A stretch of DNA of 64,000 bases from NCBI GenBank assembly GCA_040285855.1, contig JAUFOQ010000016.1, positions 2,294,001-2,358,000 of the forward strand, given 5' to 3'. This DNA comes from Eukaryota sp. GEM-RC1 (Eukaryota). Positions 26,301-39,765 of the stretch are shown piece by piece. Below the pieces are notes generated by a model. The model saw only the letters and a program-made list of their open reading frames with translations. It ran no database searches and was not told the origin of the DNA. A program made the translations under genes and the position numbers. The stretch's first letter is position 1. Each line of letters opens with the position of its first letter.

Positions 26301-29300
26301 ACACTGTATTATTGGAATCTAATGTTTTGGTTTATCAAAGTCATGTCTTGTCTACTTCAGATCTAGTATTTGATAACAATTATAATTTATTGTGTTCAGA
26401 CTCAGTGCTCCAAACTTTTCAAAATAATTCAAATTTGTTGTTTTACACTGGACTTTCTGAGTTCTCTAATTGTCAGTTTGATACCCCTGGATTTGTCATG
26501 TTTGATCAGTTCTATCATGTTAGTAATTTATCTGATATTGTTCTAAACGTGGCTGATCTTTACTTCAATCGTCACTATTTTGGTCATTTACACCTTAATC
26601 GTCTTGAAGTTTTCAATGGAAATGTCTATTTGCGTACGTATTCTGATGTATCTGTCGGTGATTTGCTTCTTAAAGGGAATCTATTTGGACCGTCACTATT
26701 AAATATTTCAAATCTTGATTGGTGCAGTGGTTCTTTGAGTGATAATCTGTATGTCAAATTACTCAATTCGTCGTCTTGTTCTTGCTCAGAATGTCCAAAT
26801 GATCATCTTATTTCAAATAATTCTTCACTTTCCATTCTTGGTTCCTTAATTCAGACATTCCCTCTAGTATTGAGTAGTTCATCCAGTTTTTCCAATTTAA
26901 ATAGTGTTGTCTTAACCATTGGCGATGACGTGTACTCTTCAAATGACGATGACGTGACACTTCAAAATTCTGGTTTAATCACCTTTGTACCTTCGTCAAT
27001 CTTCAAGAGTCATGTTATTTTTGATGTATTTTTAACAAATGTTTTTGGTTCCATTGTATTTGACGTGGATGTTATACTCACCAAAGGAGCTTTAACCACG
27101 GGATATTGGTTTTTATTACCTAACCACTACCTAATCATTAAAGAAAACCTGTATTTGGATCCTGGAATGTTGTTTTTGCTAATCAGTCCGCCTTATACTT
27201 GGATGATTGTGTTCTACTTTCGAGTGGCAACGTTACTTTCATTGACGTCTTAATATCAGGCAATGGTTCTATCGTTTTTGACCGTTCTGCTGTTATTCAT
27301 TTTGACACGTCGTTAATTATAGAAGATATTACAATGAGTTTGACTGACCAAAACCAGACTTTTACAGGGTTAAACTTAGTGAACGGATTGGTGTTTGTTG
27401 ATGGTTGTAGTTGTTTAGTTGAAAATTTTGATTGGTATTCAGGAAGTATTGGAGCTGAGGGTAAGTTTTCAGTAATGGGTTACTCAACAATTTCTTCTAA
27501 TGGTTCTAAAATCTTACTTCGTCAGTCAATTGTTGAATATTTTAATATTTTACTCATTCTTCATCCTACTTTGCTCCAACTACACGACTACTCAGAAATC
27601 AGGTTTAATGGAAACGTCATCATCTTATACAACCTTTCATTTACTGGAAATGGATCTGTAAGCAACACTAATTTACTGACAATTGATTCGGAATCTGTTC
27701 TTTCTTTTTTCTCCAAGTTCTACCAGTCTGAAACAGGTTCATTGATTCTCCACTCTGGTCATATTCACTTTAATTCTTTGTTTCTAATTGAAGGCAATGT
27801 AACTAGTCCTTCACATTCCAACACTATTCTTTTTAATGCGGAAGGCTCTTGTATTCATTCCAACATTGTTCTTAACTCCTATTCTTACTTCAATGACTTC
27901 TTTTGATTGGATCTACTTGTTCACTAGTTTCCACTGCTAACGTCATCATTCCCAAAGAGTCGTCAGTGATTGAAGTTCATGGAAGTCTCGATGTTTGTGA
28001 TCCTGGTCAAATTATAATTGAAAAGGAGTTCTTGATCTTCAATCAAATTTGATTGTATGTGTCGAAATATTATATAGAGGTGGGATCATAATTTTCAATG
28101 AAACATCTGTACAACGAAATTTAAAATTTGATGTTATTGATACGGAGGTGTTAATTCAAGACCGAAGTTTCATCTACAATCTTGAAGTAAACTTAATTAC
28201 TGAAAATGGAAAGTTGATTATTTCGAATTCTTCAGTTGTTAATACAGTTATTCATGAGCATTTTGGATCAATTGTAATTCAAAATGAGTCGTTTGTTACA
28301 AATGTACATTTACTTGGCAGAAATGAATCTACTTTTGAAGTAATGTCTGGCAGTTTCTGTGGTATAAAAGTTCTTGAGCTCACAAATGATTCTCAGCTGA
28401 TAACCTACGATTCCTCTTTTATTAACTTTATTGATGCTGACGTGTACTTACACGATTCTACTCGTTTAATGTTCAATTCTGGATCAAGTGTTGTCATTTC
28501 ATGTCTAGAACTATCTTTATATGATAATTCAACAGTAGTTTTTGGAAACCGATACGTATTCAATTTATTCAGCAGGTTTCTGTCTATTAAGTTTGAATGA
28601 TTTCTCTGTAGTTTCTGCTAATTCTGAAGAAATTATCATTGTTGAACAATTAATTCAATATGACTCCTCTAATATTGTTGGTTCTGATCACTTGCTGGTG
28701 GAATCAGTTTCTAATTCTGACAGTTTTTGGACTTTCAGTGGTGGTCAAATTTCTGAGGATATTTCCATTACTGTCAACTCCCACTTCATTGCAGAGTCAT
28801 TGGAATTTAAAATATTACAAGATTCTTCATTTATCTTGTTAAATGGTACTGGCTTAATCAATGTAACTTCCCTCTTGGTGACGTCATCACTTAGATTCTC
28901 ATCTTGGTCTTTTGTTAACGTGATTGGTGAATCAAATGTAATTCATGGAGACGGAATTATTCAAAATTTTGGATCTTTTTCAATTGAATCAGACAAATTA
29001 TTTGTCTTTGACATTGACTTTGTAAATTCTGGCCACGTAACTTCTAATTCTCCTTTAATTCAATTTAACTCTACAGTCCAATTTATTGGTGGATCTTCCT
29101 ACTTTTCAAATACAACAGATGTTAGGATCAACACTTTCTTGTCTGTCGATCAATATTCTTTTTTTGCTGGATCCAATGTCTTTGTCTCTCCTCTAGTTAC
29201 TTTCATGTCATCTGGTCATTGTTCTATTTCAGAAGTTTTAAATATTGAAGCTGGTGCCAAGTTTATTTCTACGAGTGGTACGTCAATAATCACCAAGGCA

Positions 29301-32300
29301 ACTGTCAACAACTCTCAATTTGTTTTAATTAATTCCAGTATTGATTTTGATCTACTTCATTTAACTTATGGTTTAATAGAACTTTTCAACAGTGAGTCGA
29401 ATGGATTGTCTTCAACAGTCGATTTACAAAATTCAAATATTTCCATCAATTATTCAAATATTTCAGTTTTGGAGCTACTTTCTAGAAACTCTTCTGTTAC
29501 TTTTAATGATTTTACCACTATTTCCAACTTATCTTTCACTGAGATGGTTTACTCATCACTTGAAATTTCGACTCATAGTAGTTGTTCAATTACTTTTGCA
29601 CTATTGACAACTTCTTCAGAGCTAGTTGCTCACAATTCCTCTCTTATTTACTTTATTGATGCTGACGTGTACTTACATGATTCTACTCGTTTGATGTTCA
29701 ATTCTGGATCAAATGTTGTTATTTCATGTCTAAAACTATCTTTATATGATAATTCAACAGTAGTTTTTGGAAACCGATACGTATTCAAGATCTTCGGCAG
29801 GTTTTTGTCTATTAAATTTGAATGATTTCTCTGTAGTTTCTGTCAATTCTAAAGAAATTATCATTATCGAACAGTTAATTCAAAATGACTCCTCTAATAT
29901 TGTTGGTTCTGATCACTTGCTGGTGGAATCAGTTTCTAATTCTGACAGTTTTTGGACTTTCAGTGGTGGTCAAATTTCTGAGAATATTTCAATTACTGTC
30001 AACTCCCACTTCATTGCAGAGTCATTGGAATTTAAAATATTACAAGATTCTTCATTTATCTTGTTAAATGGTACTGGCTTAATCAATGTAACTTCCCTCT
30101 TGGTGACGTCATCACTTAGATTCTCATCTTGGTCTTTTGTTAACGTGATTGGTGAATCGACTGTAATTCATGGAGACGGAATTATTCAAAATTTTGGATC
30201 TTTTTCAATTGAATCAGACAAATTCTTTGTCTTTGACATTGACTTTGTAAATTCTGGCCACGTTACTTCTAGTTCTCCTCTAATTCAATTTAATTCTACA
30301 GTCGAATTTATTGGTGGATCTTCTTACTTTTCAAATACAACAGACGTCAGGATCAACACTTTTTGTCTGTCGATGAATATTCTTCTTTTGCTGGATCCAC
30401 TGTATTTGTCTCTCCTCTAGTTACTTTCATGTCAGCTGGTCATTGTTATATTTCAGAAGTTTTAAATATTGAAACTGGTGCTAAGTTTATTTGTACTAAT
30501 GGTACATCAATAATCAACAAGGCAATTGTCGACAATTCTCAATTTGTTTTAATTAATTCCAGTATTGATTTTGATCTACTTCATTCAACTTATGGTTTAA
30601 TAGAACTTTTCAACAGTGAGTCGAATGGATTGTCTTCAACAGTCGATTTACAAAATTCCAATATTACCATCAATTATTCAAATATTTCAGTTTTGGAGGT
30701 ACTTTCTAGAAACTCTTCTGTTACTTTTAATGATTTTACCACTATTTCCAACTTATCTATCACTGAGATGGTTTACTCATCACTTGAAGTTTCGACTCAT
30801 AGTAATTGTTCAATTACTTTTGCTCTATTGACAACTTCTTCAGAGTTAGTTGCTCACAATTCCTCTCTTATTTACTTTATTGATGCTGACGTTTACTTAC
30901 ACGATTCTACTCGTTTATTGTTCAATTCTGGATCAAATGTTGTCATTTCATGTCTAAAACTATCTTTATACGATGATGCAAGAGTAGACTTTGAAAGCAA
31001 TACTTACTCAGGGTCTTCTACAGGTTTTTGTCTATTAAATTTGAATGATTTCTCTGTAGTTTCTGCTAATTCTAAAGAAATTATCGTTATTGAACAATTT
31101 ATTCAATATGATTCATCTAATATTGTTGGTTCTGATCACTTGCTGGTGGAATCAGTTTCTAATTCTGACAGTTTTTGGACTTTCAATGGTGGTCAAGTTT
31201 CTGAGGATATTTCAATTACTGTCAACTCCCACTTCATTGCAGAGTCATTGGAATTTAAAATATTCCAAGATTCTTCATTTATCTTGTTAAATGGTACTGG
31301 CTTAATCAATGTAACTTCCCTCTTGGTGACGTCATTATTTAGATTTTCTTCTTGGTCTTTTGTTAACGTGATTGGTGAATCAACTGTAATTCATGGAGAC
31401 GGAATTATTCAAAATTTTGGATCTTTTTCAATTGAATCAGACAAATTCTTTGTCTTTGACATTGACTTTGTAAATTCTGGTCACGTTACTTGTAATTCTC
31501 CATTAATTCAATTTAATTCTACAGTCCAATTTATTGGTGGATCTTCTTACTTTTCAAATACAACAGACGTCAGGATCAACACTTTCTTGTCTGTCGATGA
31601 ATATTCTTCTTTTGCTGGATCCAATGTCTTTGTCTCTCCTCTAGTTACTTTCATGTCATCTGGTCATTGTTCTATTTCAGAAGTTTTAAATATTGAAACT
31701 GGTGCTAAGTTTATTTGTACTAATGGTACATCAATAATCAACAAGGCAATTGTCGACAATTCTCAATTTGTTTTAATTAATTCCAGTATTGATTTTGATC
31801 TACTTCATTTAACTTATGGTTTAATAGAACTTTTCAACAGTGAGTCGAATGGATTTTCTTCAACAGTCGATTTACAAAATTCAAATATTACCATCAATTC
31901 TTCAAATATTTCAGTTTTGGAGGTACTTTCTAGAAACTCTTCTGCTACTTTTAATGATTTTACCACTATTTCCAACTTATCTATCACTGAGATGGTTTAC
32001 TCATCACTTGAAATTTCGACTCATAGTAGTTGTTCAATTACTTTTGCTCTATTGACAACTTCTTCAGAGTTAGTTGCTCACAATTCCTCTCTTATTTACT
32101 TTATTGATTCTGACGTGTACTTACACGATTCTACTCGTTTATTGTTCAATTCTGGATCAAATGTTGTTATTGCATGTCTAAAACTATCTTTGTATGATAA
32201 TTCAACAGTAGACTTTGAAAGCAATACTTACTCAGGGTCTTCTACAGGTTTTTGTCTATTAAATTTGAATGATTTCTCTGTAGTTTCTGCTAATTCTAAA

Positions 32301-35300
32301 GAAATTATCGTTATTGAACAATTTATTCAATATGATTCATCTAATGTTGTTGGTTCTGATCACTTGCTGGTGGAATCAGTTTCTAATTCTGACAGTTTTT
32401 GGACTTTCAATGGTGGTCAAGTTTCTGAGGATATTTCAATTACTGTCAACTCCCACTTCATTGCAGAGTCATTGGAATTTAAAATATTCCAAGATTCTTC
32501 ATTTATCTTGTTAAATGGTACTGGCTTAATCAATGTAACTTCCCTCTTGGTGACGTCATCATTTAGATTTTCTTCTTGGTCTTTTGTTAACGTGATTGGT
32601 GAATCAACTGTTATTCATGGAGATGGAATTATTCAAAATTTTGGATCATTTTCAATTCAATCAGACAAATTCTTTGTTTTTGACATTGACTTTGTAAATT
32701 CTGGTCACGTTACTTGTAATTCTCCATTAATTCAATTTAATTCTACAGTCCAATTTATTGGTGGATCTTCTTACTTTTCAAATACAACAGACGTCAGGAT
32801 CAACACTTTCTTGTCTGTCGATGAATATTCTTCTTTTGCTGGATCCAATGTCTTTGTCTCTCCTCTAGTTACTTTCATGTCATCTGGTCATTGTTCTATT
32901 TCAGAAGTTTTAAATATTGAAACTGGTGCTAAGTTTATTTGTACTAATGGTACATCAATAATCAACAAGGCAATTGTCGACAATTCTCAATTTGTTTTAA
33001 TTAATTCCAGTATTGATTTTGATCTACTTCATTCAACTTATGGTTTAATAGAACTTTTCAACAGTGAGTCGAATGGATTGTCTTCAACAGTCGATTTACA
33101 AAATTCTAATATTACCATCAATTATTCAAATATTTCAGTTTTGGAGGTACTTTCTAGAAACTCTTCTGTTAATTTTAATGATTTTACCACTATTTCCAAC
33201 TTATCTATCACTGAGATGGTTTACTCATCACTTGAAATTTCGACTCATAGTAATTGTTCAATTACTTTTGCTCTATTGACAACTTCTTCAGAGTTAGTTA
33301 CTCACAATTCCTCTCTTATTTACTTTATTGATGCTGACGTGTACTTACACGATTCTACTCGTTTAATGTTCAATTCTGGTTCAAATGTTGTTATTGCATG
33401 TCTAAAACTATCTTTGTATGATAATTCAACAGTAGACTTTGAAAGCAATACTTACTCAGGGTCTTCTACAGGTTTTTGTCTATTAAATTTGAATGATTTC
33501 TCTGTAGTTTCTGCTAATTCTAAAGTAATTATCATTATCGAACAGTTAATTCAAAATGACTCCTCTAATATTGTTGGTTCTGATCACTTGCTGGTGGAAT
33601 CAGTTTCTAATTCTGACAGTTTTTGGACTTTCAGTGGTGGTCAAATTTCTGAGGATATTTCCATTACTGTCAACTCCCACTTCATTGCAGAGTCATTGGA
33701 ATTTAAAATATTACAAGATTCTTCATTTATCTTGTTAAATGGTACTGGCTTAATCAATGTAACTTCCCTCTTGGTGACGTCATCACTTAGATTCTCATCT
33801 TGGTCTTTTGTTAACGTGATTGGTGAATCAAATGTAATTCATGGAGACGGAATTATTCAAAATTTTGGATCTTTTTCAATTGAATCAGACAAATTATTTG
33901 TCTTTGACATTGACTTTGTAAATTCTGGCCACGTAACTTCTAATTCTCCTTTAATTCAATTTAACTCTACAGTCCAATTTATTGGTGGATCTTCCTACTT
34001 TTCAAATACAACAGACGTCAGGATCAACACTTTCTTGTCTGTCGATGAATATTCTTCTTTTGCTGGATCCAATGTCTTTGTCTCTCCTCTAGTTACTATC
34101 TTGTCATCTGGTCATTGTTTTGTTTCAAAAGTTTTAAATCTTGAAGCTGATGCTAAATTTATTTCTACTAATGGTACATCAATAATCACCAAAGCAATTG
34201 TCGACAACTCTCAATTTGTTTTAATTAATTCCAGTATTGATTTTGATCTACTTCATTCAAGTAATGGTTTGCTCCAAATATATGAGTCATCTTTATTAGT
34301 TGAACAATCTCTAATTACCATTGTTGACTCCCATTTACATGTTCAAAAATCAACCCTTTTGTTGACTCCATTTTATCCACTTCTTCAGTTGCTACCTTCC
34401 AAGATAGTTTCTTGAACAGTTCTAGATTAAATCTTGATTGCAGTGATTTTGTATGTGATTCTTCTGTTCGAATGAACCTTATTGTTAATCAATTAAATAC
34501 AATTGAGTCCACACTCACAATCAATCACCATGACGTTTTTATCGATTCCTTACAACAATCACTTTCCGTTCTGGTTTTATCACAGAGAAGCATTGTTCAT
34601 GTGTCTTCTCCAATGAATATACTAAGTAATTTTTCAACCTTAGGTCATGGTAAGCTAATCTTTGAATCTGACATTATTTATCAGAATGGTGTAGTATCTT
34701 TATCAGATCAAATTATTTTCATTATCTCCAGAAATTCAAAAATTGTCTTCGATGGTGACAATGTTCTTTTTTGATGCTGAGAGTTTTTCTAAAATCATAA
34801 ATTACGGGGAAATGCACTTTGTAAATAGCACTGCTGTCGTTCAACCTTTTATGGACAATTATGGCCAAATTCATGTTTGCAATTCTTCAATCATCTTTGA
34901 TGGCTTTGGATTTTCCAATTTTGGAAAGTTTAATTCTTGTTTGGATGACCACTCAGTGGTCTCTTTTTCTAAGGGAAATGTAACAATTTTTGAAAATTCT
35001 GACAAATTTTACGGTTCCTTCCATGTATCAGGGGCGACGGTTGATATTGACTGCTTGCTTTTCTCTACAGATCTACTGCTGGTATCTGGTCAAGTTTTTG
35101 TGTCTTCTTCCATGAAACTCCTTGGTGATGTGATTGTTCATACTGATTGCCCTTCAATCACTTCTGAAGAGATCAATGAATTCCTCCAAATTGATGAGTA
35201 CTGGTCAAGTTATTGCCAATGTGGATTCGACATACAGTCTTCAGTTCAAATTTCAAATATAACAATAATCTCTGGAATAATAACAATTAATTCATCATCA

Positions 35301-37354
35301 CTTATCTCGAAACTTTCTCTTCAATCCCCCGCTTCATTTCTATTCATTCCCTCTAACTCTAAGCCCTCTATTATGCCAGGACCCTTCTTGAATAAGGGAA
35401 ATGTTGTTGGAAATGGGACCTTGGTTTTAGATAACGGCGTTTTTTCAATAATACTGGAGAATGTTTTAATAATTTAAATTATTGTAACTTTTCGTGTGCT
35501 GATCTCAAGACTTGTTCTGAGTGCGTGTTGTATCCAGCGTGTGGATGGTCGTTAGATTTAAAAATGTGTGACTCTGCTGATCAAAACCAAAATTCAAGAT
35601 TTTTCAAATATTCCGATTGGTTTGTCAATGAGTGCAATTCATGTCAATTATTTGAATCAATTAATGAACAATCTCTTCATTTTTCCACCAACAGACCTGC
35701 CTTTGATGAAATTGAATTTTCTTTCATTCTTCCATATGTTCGAAACGGGCAGTTTTGGTTACTCGATTTTAATTTGATTGAATCTGTTTCGAATCTTTCC
35801 ACTTGTTCTAACAGAGTTTTGCCGGAATTTACGGATGATCTCTTTTCTCGTGATTATGATTCTATTTCAATTACTGCTCCCAATGCAGAACAGTCGCTAG
35901 CATTAGAGAATTATGAGTATTTTGCATATTTTAATTCTAATATTTATAGTATTGAGGCGTATTCATGTAGCCAAATATCCTACTCAGTCAGTTTGACTTA
36001 TTCAAATTTAATGAAGTGTCAAAATTTGGAATATCATCAGAAAAAATCAGATTTTCAACCATCGTATGTCGCTATTCGCCAAACAAGTATATTTTATAAC
36101 AAAGGAATCTTGACCTCTCAAATATTCTCACATTCAAATTTTTCAAATTTCTTCCATCATTACAGTTTTGTGTCAAATTTAATTGTTCTAAATTTTGAAT
36201 TATTATCTTGTACACCTGACTGTGTTTCAACTCAACATTATTCTCACGCTGTCTTTAGTGCTCAAGGCATACAAATTTCCTTTCCTAAAATTGAAAATTT
36301 GAAATTGGTCGAAATTCATGAGAATTCTGTGAATGTTAATTTTTCCTCCGCATCAAATCAAATCGTGCTTTTTGTTGACATTGACGCACATGTTGAGGAT
36401 TTGTTTGGTTTCTATAACTTTTCCACATCTAAACCCACTCATTCGCTTTCTTTCACTATTGAACCTTCAGTATTACCATCTCCTTTAGATTTTGATTCTA
36501 GAAATTCTCTTTCAATTTCCAAATTAGCTTTCAATCTTGATATTGTTTCATGCTTTGAGGAATATTTCAATTTCCATGATTTTGGACCCTATTCTGATAA
36601 TCGTAAATTATTTGCGTTAGTCACATCATTTGATGAAATAGTTGAGCTGTCAGATTTCAAAATTTGTGATTTCAACAGTTCTTGTGTTTCCATTATCTCT
36701 ACACAACTTTCAAAATCCACGTCAGTCACTACTCACCAAAATTATACGGTATTTTCTCTTAAACTTCCGAGAGTACAAACCACAGGAACATATCTAGTTA
36801 CAATAGAGTTGAGCATCACTGTTTTCAAGTCACCAATATTTATTCAAAAGAGTCCTGATTACCTTCTACTTTCAATGATAATCTTGACTGGCATCTTAAT
36901 CATTCTGATAATTACGGTCTCTTTATTGAAAAGAAAACAAATAATGAGAAAGTTTTCTAAACTTAGTATTCCAAAGAAGCCTCTTCCCATTAGATCTAAG
37001 GATCTGCTTCCAGAACCTGAACCATTAGAACTTCCAAAGTTCAAGTCTGATATCTCTTCATTTGTTTCTCCAAAACCTACATCTCTTCCTTCTTTCACTC
37101 CCCAATCTGATCTCTCTAGTTTAAAATCTCCTAGAAATCTCCCATCATATGCCAGTCCGTCTACAAGAACACCATTCAGATCTGCATTACCACCAATTTC
37201 TCAAAGAAAACGACCAGGACTTCCTAGTAACTTACAAACTCCAAACTCATCTGTGCTAGCGGGGCAAAAGCTGGCTAAAAACGTTAAGCTGCAACCTTTA
37301 GAAAGAGCTAGTAAGGGTTCTACAGGGGCCTCAGGATTTAGTAGATATTTATAG
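14400..37354 (+). CDS. Giant (~7,600 aa) predicted type I membrane surface protein, beta-strand-repeat rich; split by ~19 single-base indels
   Basis: Contiguous same-strand ORFs of uniform S/F/I/L/V/N/G-rich composition that join by +/-1 shifts. Signal peptide MLYLSMFFWLLLVITSFTSA; recurring W-x-G-G-x-I and N-x-G-x-hydrophobic motifs; PSI-like CADLKTCSECVLYPACGW..C at ~35497-35570; TM helix YLLLSMIILTGILIILIITVSLL at ~36860-36928, then KRK and a Pro/Ser-rich tail. Confidence 0.8.
28410..34260 (+). repeat. Intragenic tandem array, 1224-bp (408-aa) unit, ~4.8 copies
   Basis: Equivalent positions recur at 29392, 30616, 31840 and 33064 (period 1224), and the copies are highly similar. Confidence 0.97.
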
Positions 37355-39765
37355 CAACTGTTTACTTTAAAATATTACTCATTATGTCAAGTACAAACAG
37401 ATACTTTTGTTAATTTCCAAACTATTGAATACGAATATTCAGAACTCAATATTCTAGCTATGAAACTTAGACTTGAGGTATTCAACGTCATTTTTTCGTG
37501 AATTTTTTACTGTGTTTACTTGTAATGTGTAGAACTTTTCTTCTCTGTTCTGCAGTGGTCAAAGATAAATAATATTTATTTCATTATACAGCATGTATAC
37601 TCTAAAACATCTAATACAACGCCACCCCCAAACCCCGAAACTTAGGGGTGGCGCTCTATTAGATTTATGATCTGTCTGCGACTTCTGGGAATTTTAACTG
37701 TCGGTTTGAAAATTCTGTATTCGTCTTGACAAGTCAAATTCTTTTTGATCTTTTGCTACAGTCACTGGTATTTACATTACCAATGTTTATAAACGCACAG
37801 ATCACTTTGTTTGCAATTTGCTTTTAAAGTGCGAGCTGTAATGGGTACAACGTAGAATCAAAAGATCCTCCTCTGATATTTGAATTAAGTCTTTCAGCAA
37901 TAATGCAAATTCTACTAGTTGTGAATCAGGCAATAACTTTTGATGAGTCAGTGTTATTTGTGTTGGATTGTCTGGGGTTTCCTCATGATACGCCTGTACT
38001 TTTACAATACCATATTCAACTAGTATTTCCATGTGCAGGTAGACACTCTTTCTATTGGGTATGGGGAAAACTAGAGCACCTAAATAGTTTGCCATATATT
38101 TTGAATCTAAATTGTCGTGTTTTCATTTGCAAATATCGAACTTTCTTCAAACAACTCCTACAACGTTGTCTCAATTTTCTAAGATATCGTACAAACAGTT
38201 GACCATACTATTATGAAACAAAATGATTAAAGATTTTAGATGTTTGCAAGATTGTTCAGTCGTGCAATGCTTACTATTGGCACTCTTCGATCACGTTTGC
38301 ACACTTCAAGTCTTGAGAAACAGTTACAATTACGGTACAACTCGCAATTTTGGCATGAACATATTGTTCGAAGACTTCTCCTCCACAATCCTTGTCGAGA
38401 TTTGTTGCACGAAGATAAGGATGTAATGGACGAGGAATAGACTGGATTACTACATTGGAAATTTTTTCTCTGATTGATCATAAACCCTGTTTTTTGAACT
38501 GTTTTTCAATTGTTAATCATCAGACAGGATCAAATGTTATATTCTGATTTATCACTAACGTGAGGTGTTTATCGTTTGCAAAGTTTATCTGCAACTGTCA
38601 TCAAGTTTAGTGTCTTTGATTGCGTAGTGTGATCATGTTAGATACAAAAACAATCCCAATTAATCAAACCATCTGATTTACGACCAAAGCAAAGGTACTA
38701 GATGTAGAAAAAATTGAGTTCCATAAAAGACTATGAATGTTGTGTTTGTTAAGTAGATCCGTAGCTTTATGTGACGGATCAACGGTTTATTAGCTATACT
38801 GATTATAGAAACGTGGATAATTCGAGGCATATGGCGCACATGGCCATTGAATAGTCAAAACTGAACTTCGTAAAAAGGGAAAAACTAGAAACTTACACTT
38901 AAACCGAATTTAAAAAGAACGAAAAATACGAAAAGGTGTACTGAGTATCACTTCTTCGAAATTTGTACGGCGTGGTTTCCACAGGGCTTGTCTCTTAAAA
39001 TTATCTTGTAAAAACGATCGACAGTGCTTTGACGTTTCGATTTACGGGACATAAATTTCAGTACTGTATTTTTTCCTACTGCACACATTTGTCGCAACCA
39101 GTATTCCCATTTTTACATTTAGGAAATTTTTTGGATATTCACCAGTTGCAGGATTGTTCAAAAATAATTGCATTTGCAATAACTGTAATAATGATGTATT
39201 GCAGTATTGCACATGATTGGATTATTACAGTGCAATATTGCGTGTGTTTCGGTATTGCAGTTATTGTAAGTAATAATCAAACGTTTTTCGACACATCCTA
39301 TACTACTAGTAGTAAAGTGTCGTATTTTACGGTAGTCTTCGACAAATTTGGGTACACTAATTTTGTATACATTAATGTTCGGGATTTATGTACTTAAGTT
39401 CCATGTATTCTGAACAGTTTCAGAACAATTCCCAAGTTATTTGCTTTTTACATCTGTTACCTTGTCCGTATGTTAAGGAATTGTCTCATATTAAATATTC
39501 CAAGAATACTATTTTGTAATTGAACTTTGAACTCAGAATCAATTTTTTAGAAACAAAAATTTACGCTTAATCAAACAAAACAGTTATTCATAGTCTTTTT
39601 GCCAATATCGACAGAATTTGATCCGTCAATTTGTCACCTTGTTCATCAATAAGGTCTAATTTGATACATTCAGTACAAAGGGAAAGAGAAGGATGTTTAT
39701 AAATGAATTGTACTGACTACGCAACTATTCCCAATACCTTTGACTAACAAATTTAATGAATAAAG

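Noticed and set aside
14400..37354. Stop-codon reassignment or tiny introns explaining the broken ORFs
   Set aside because: Continuation needs a frame change, not readthrough. The junctions I examined resolve with one-base indels and show no GT-AG segment, and all three stops end intact genes in this window.
14400..37354. Operon of many separate genes, or bacterial contamination
   Set aside because: Only one signal peptide and one TM anchor at the two ends, uniform composition, and eukaryotic flanking genes.
37800..38480. Short ORFs on both strands as genes or a transposase
   Set aside because: No recognisable motif; probably decayed sequence.
38469..38496. CTGATTGATCATAAACCC shared with ~53740
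   Set aside because: A real short match, but too short to define an element or function.
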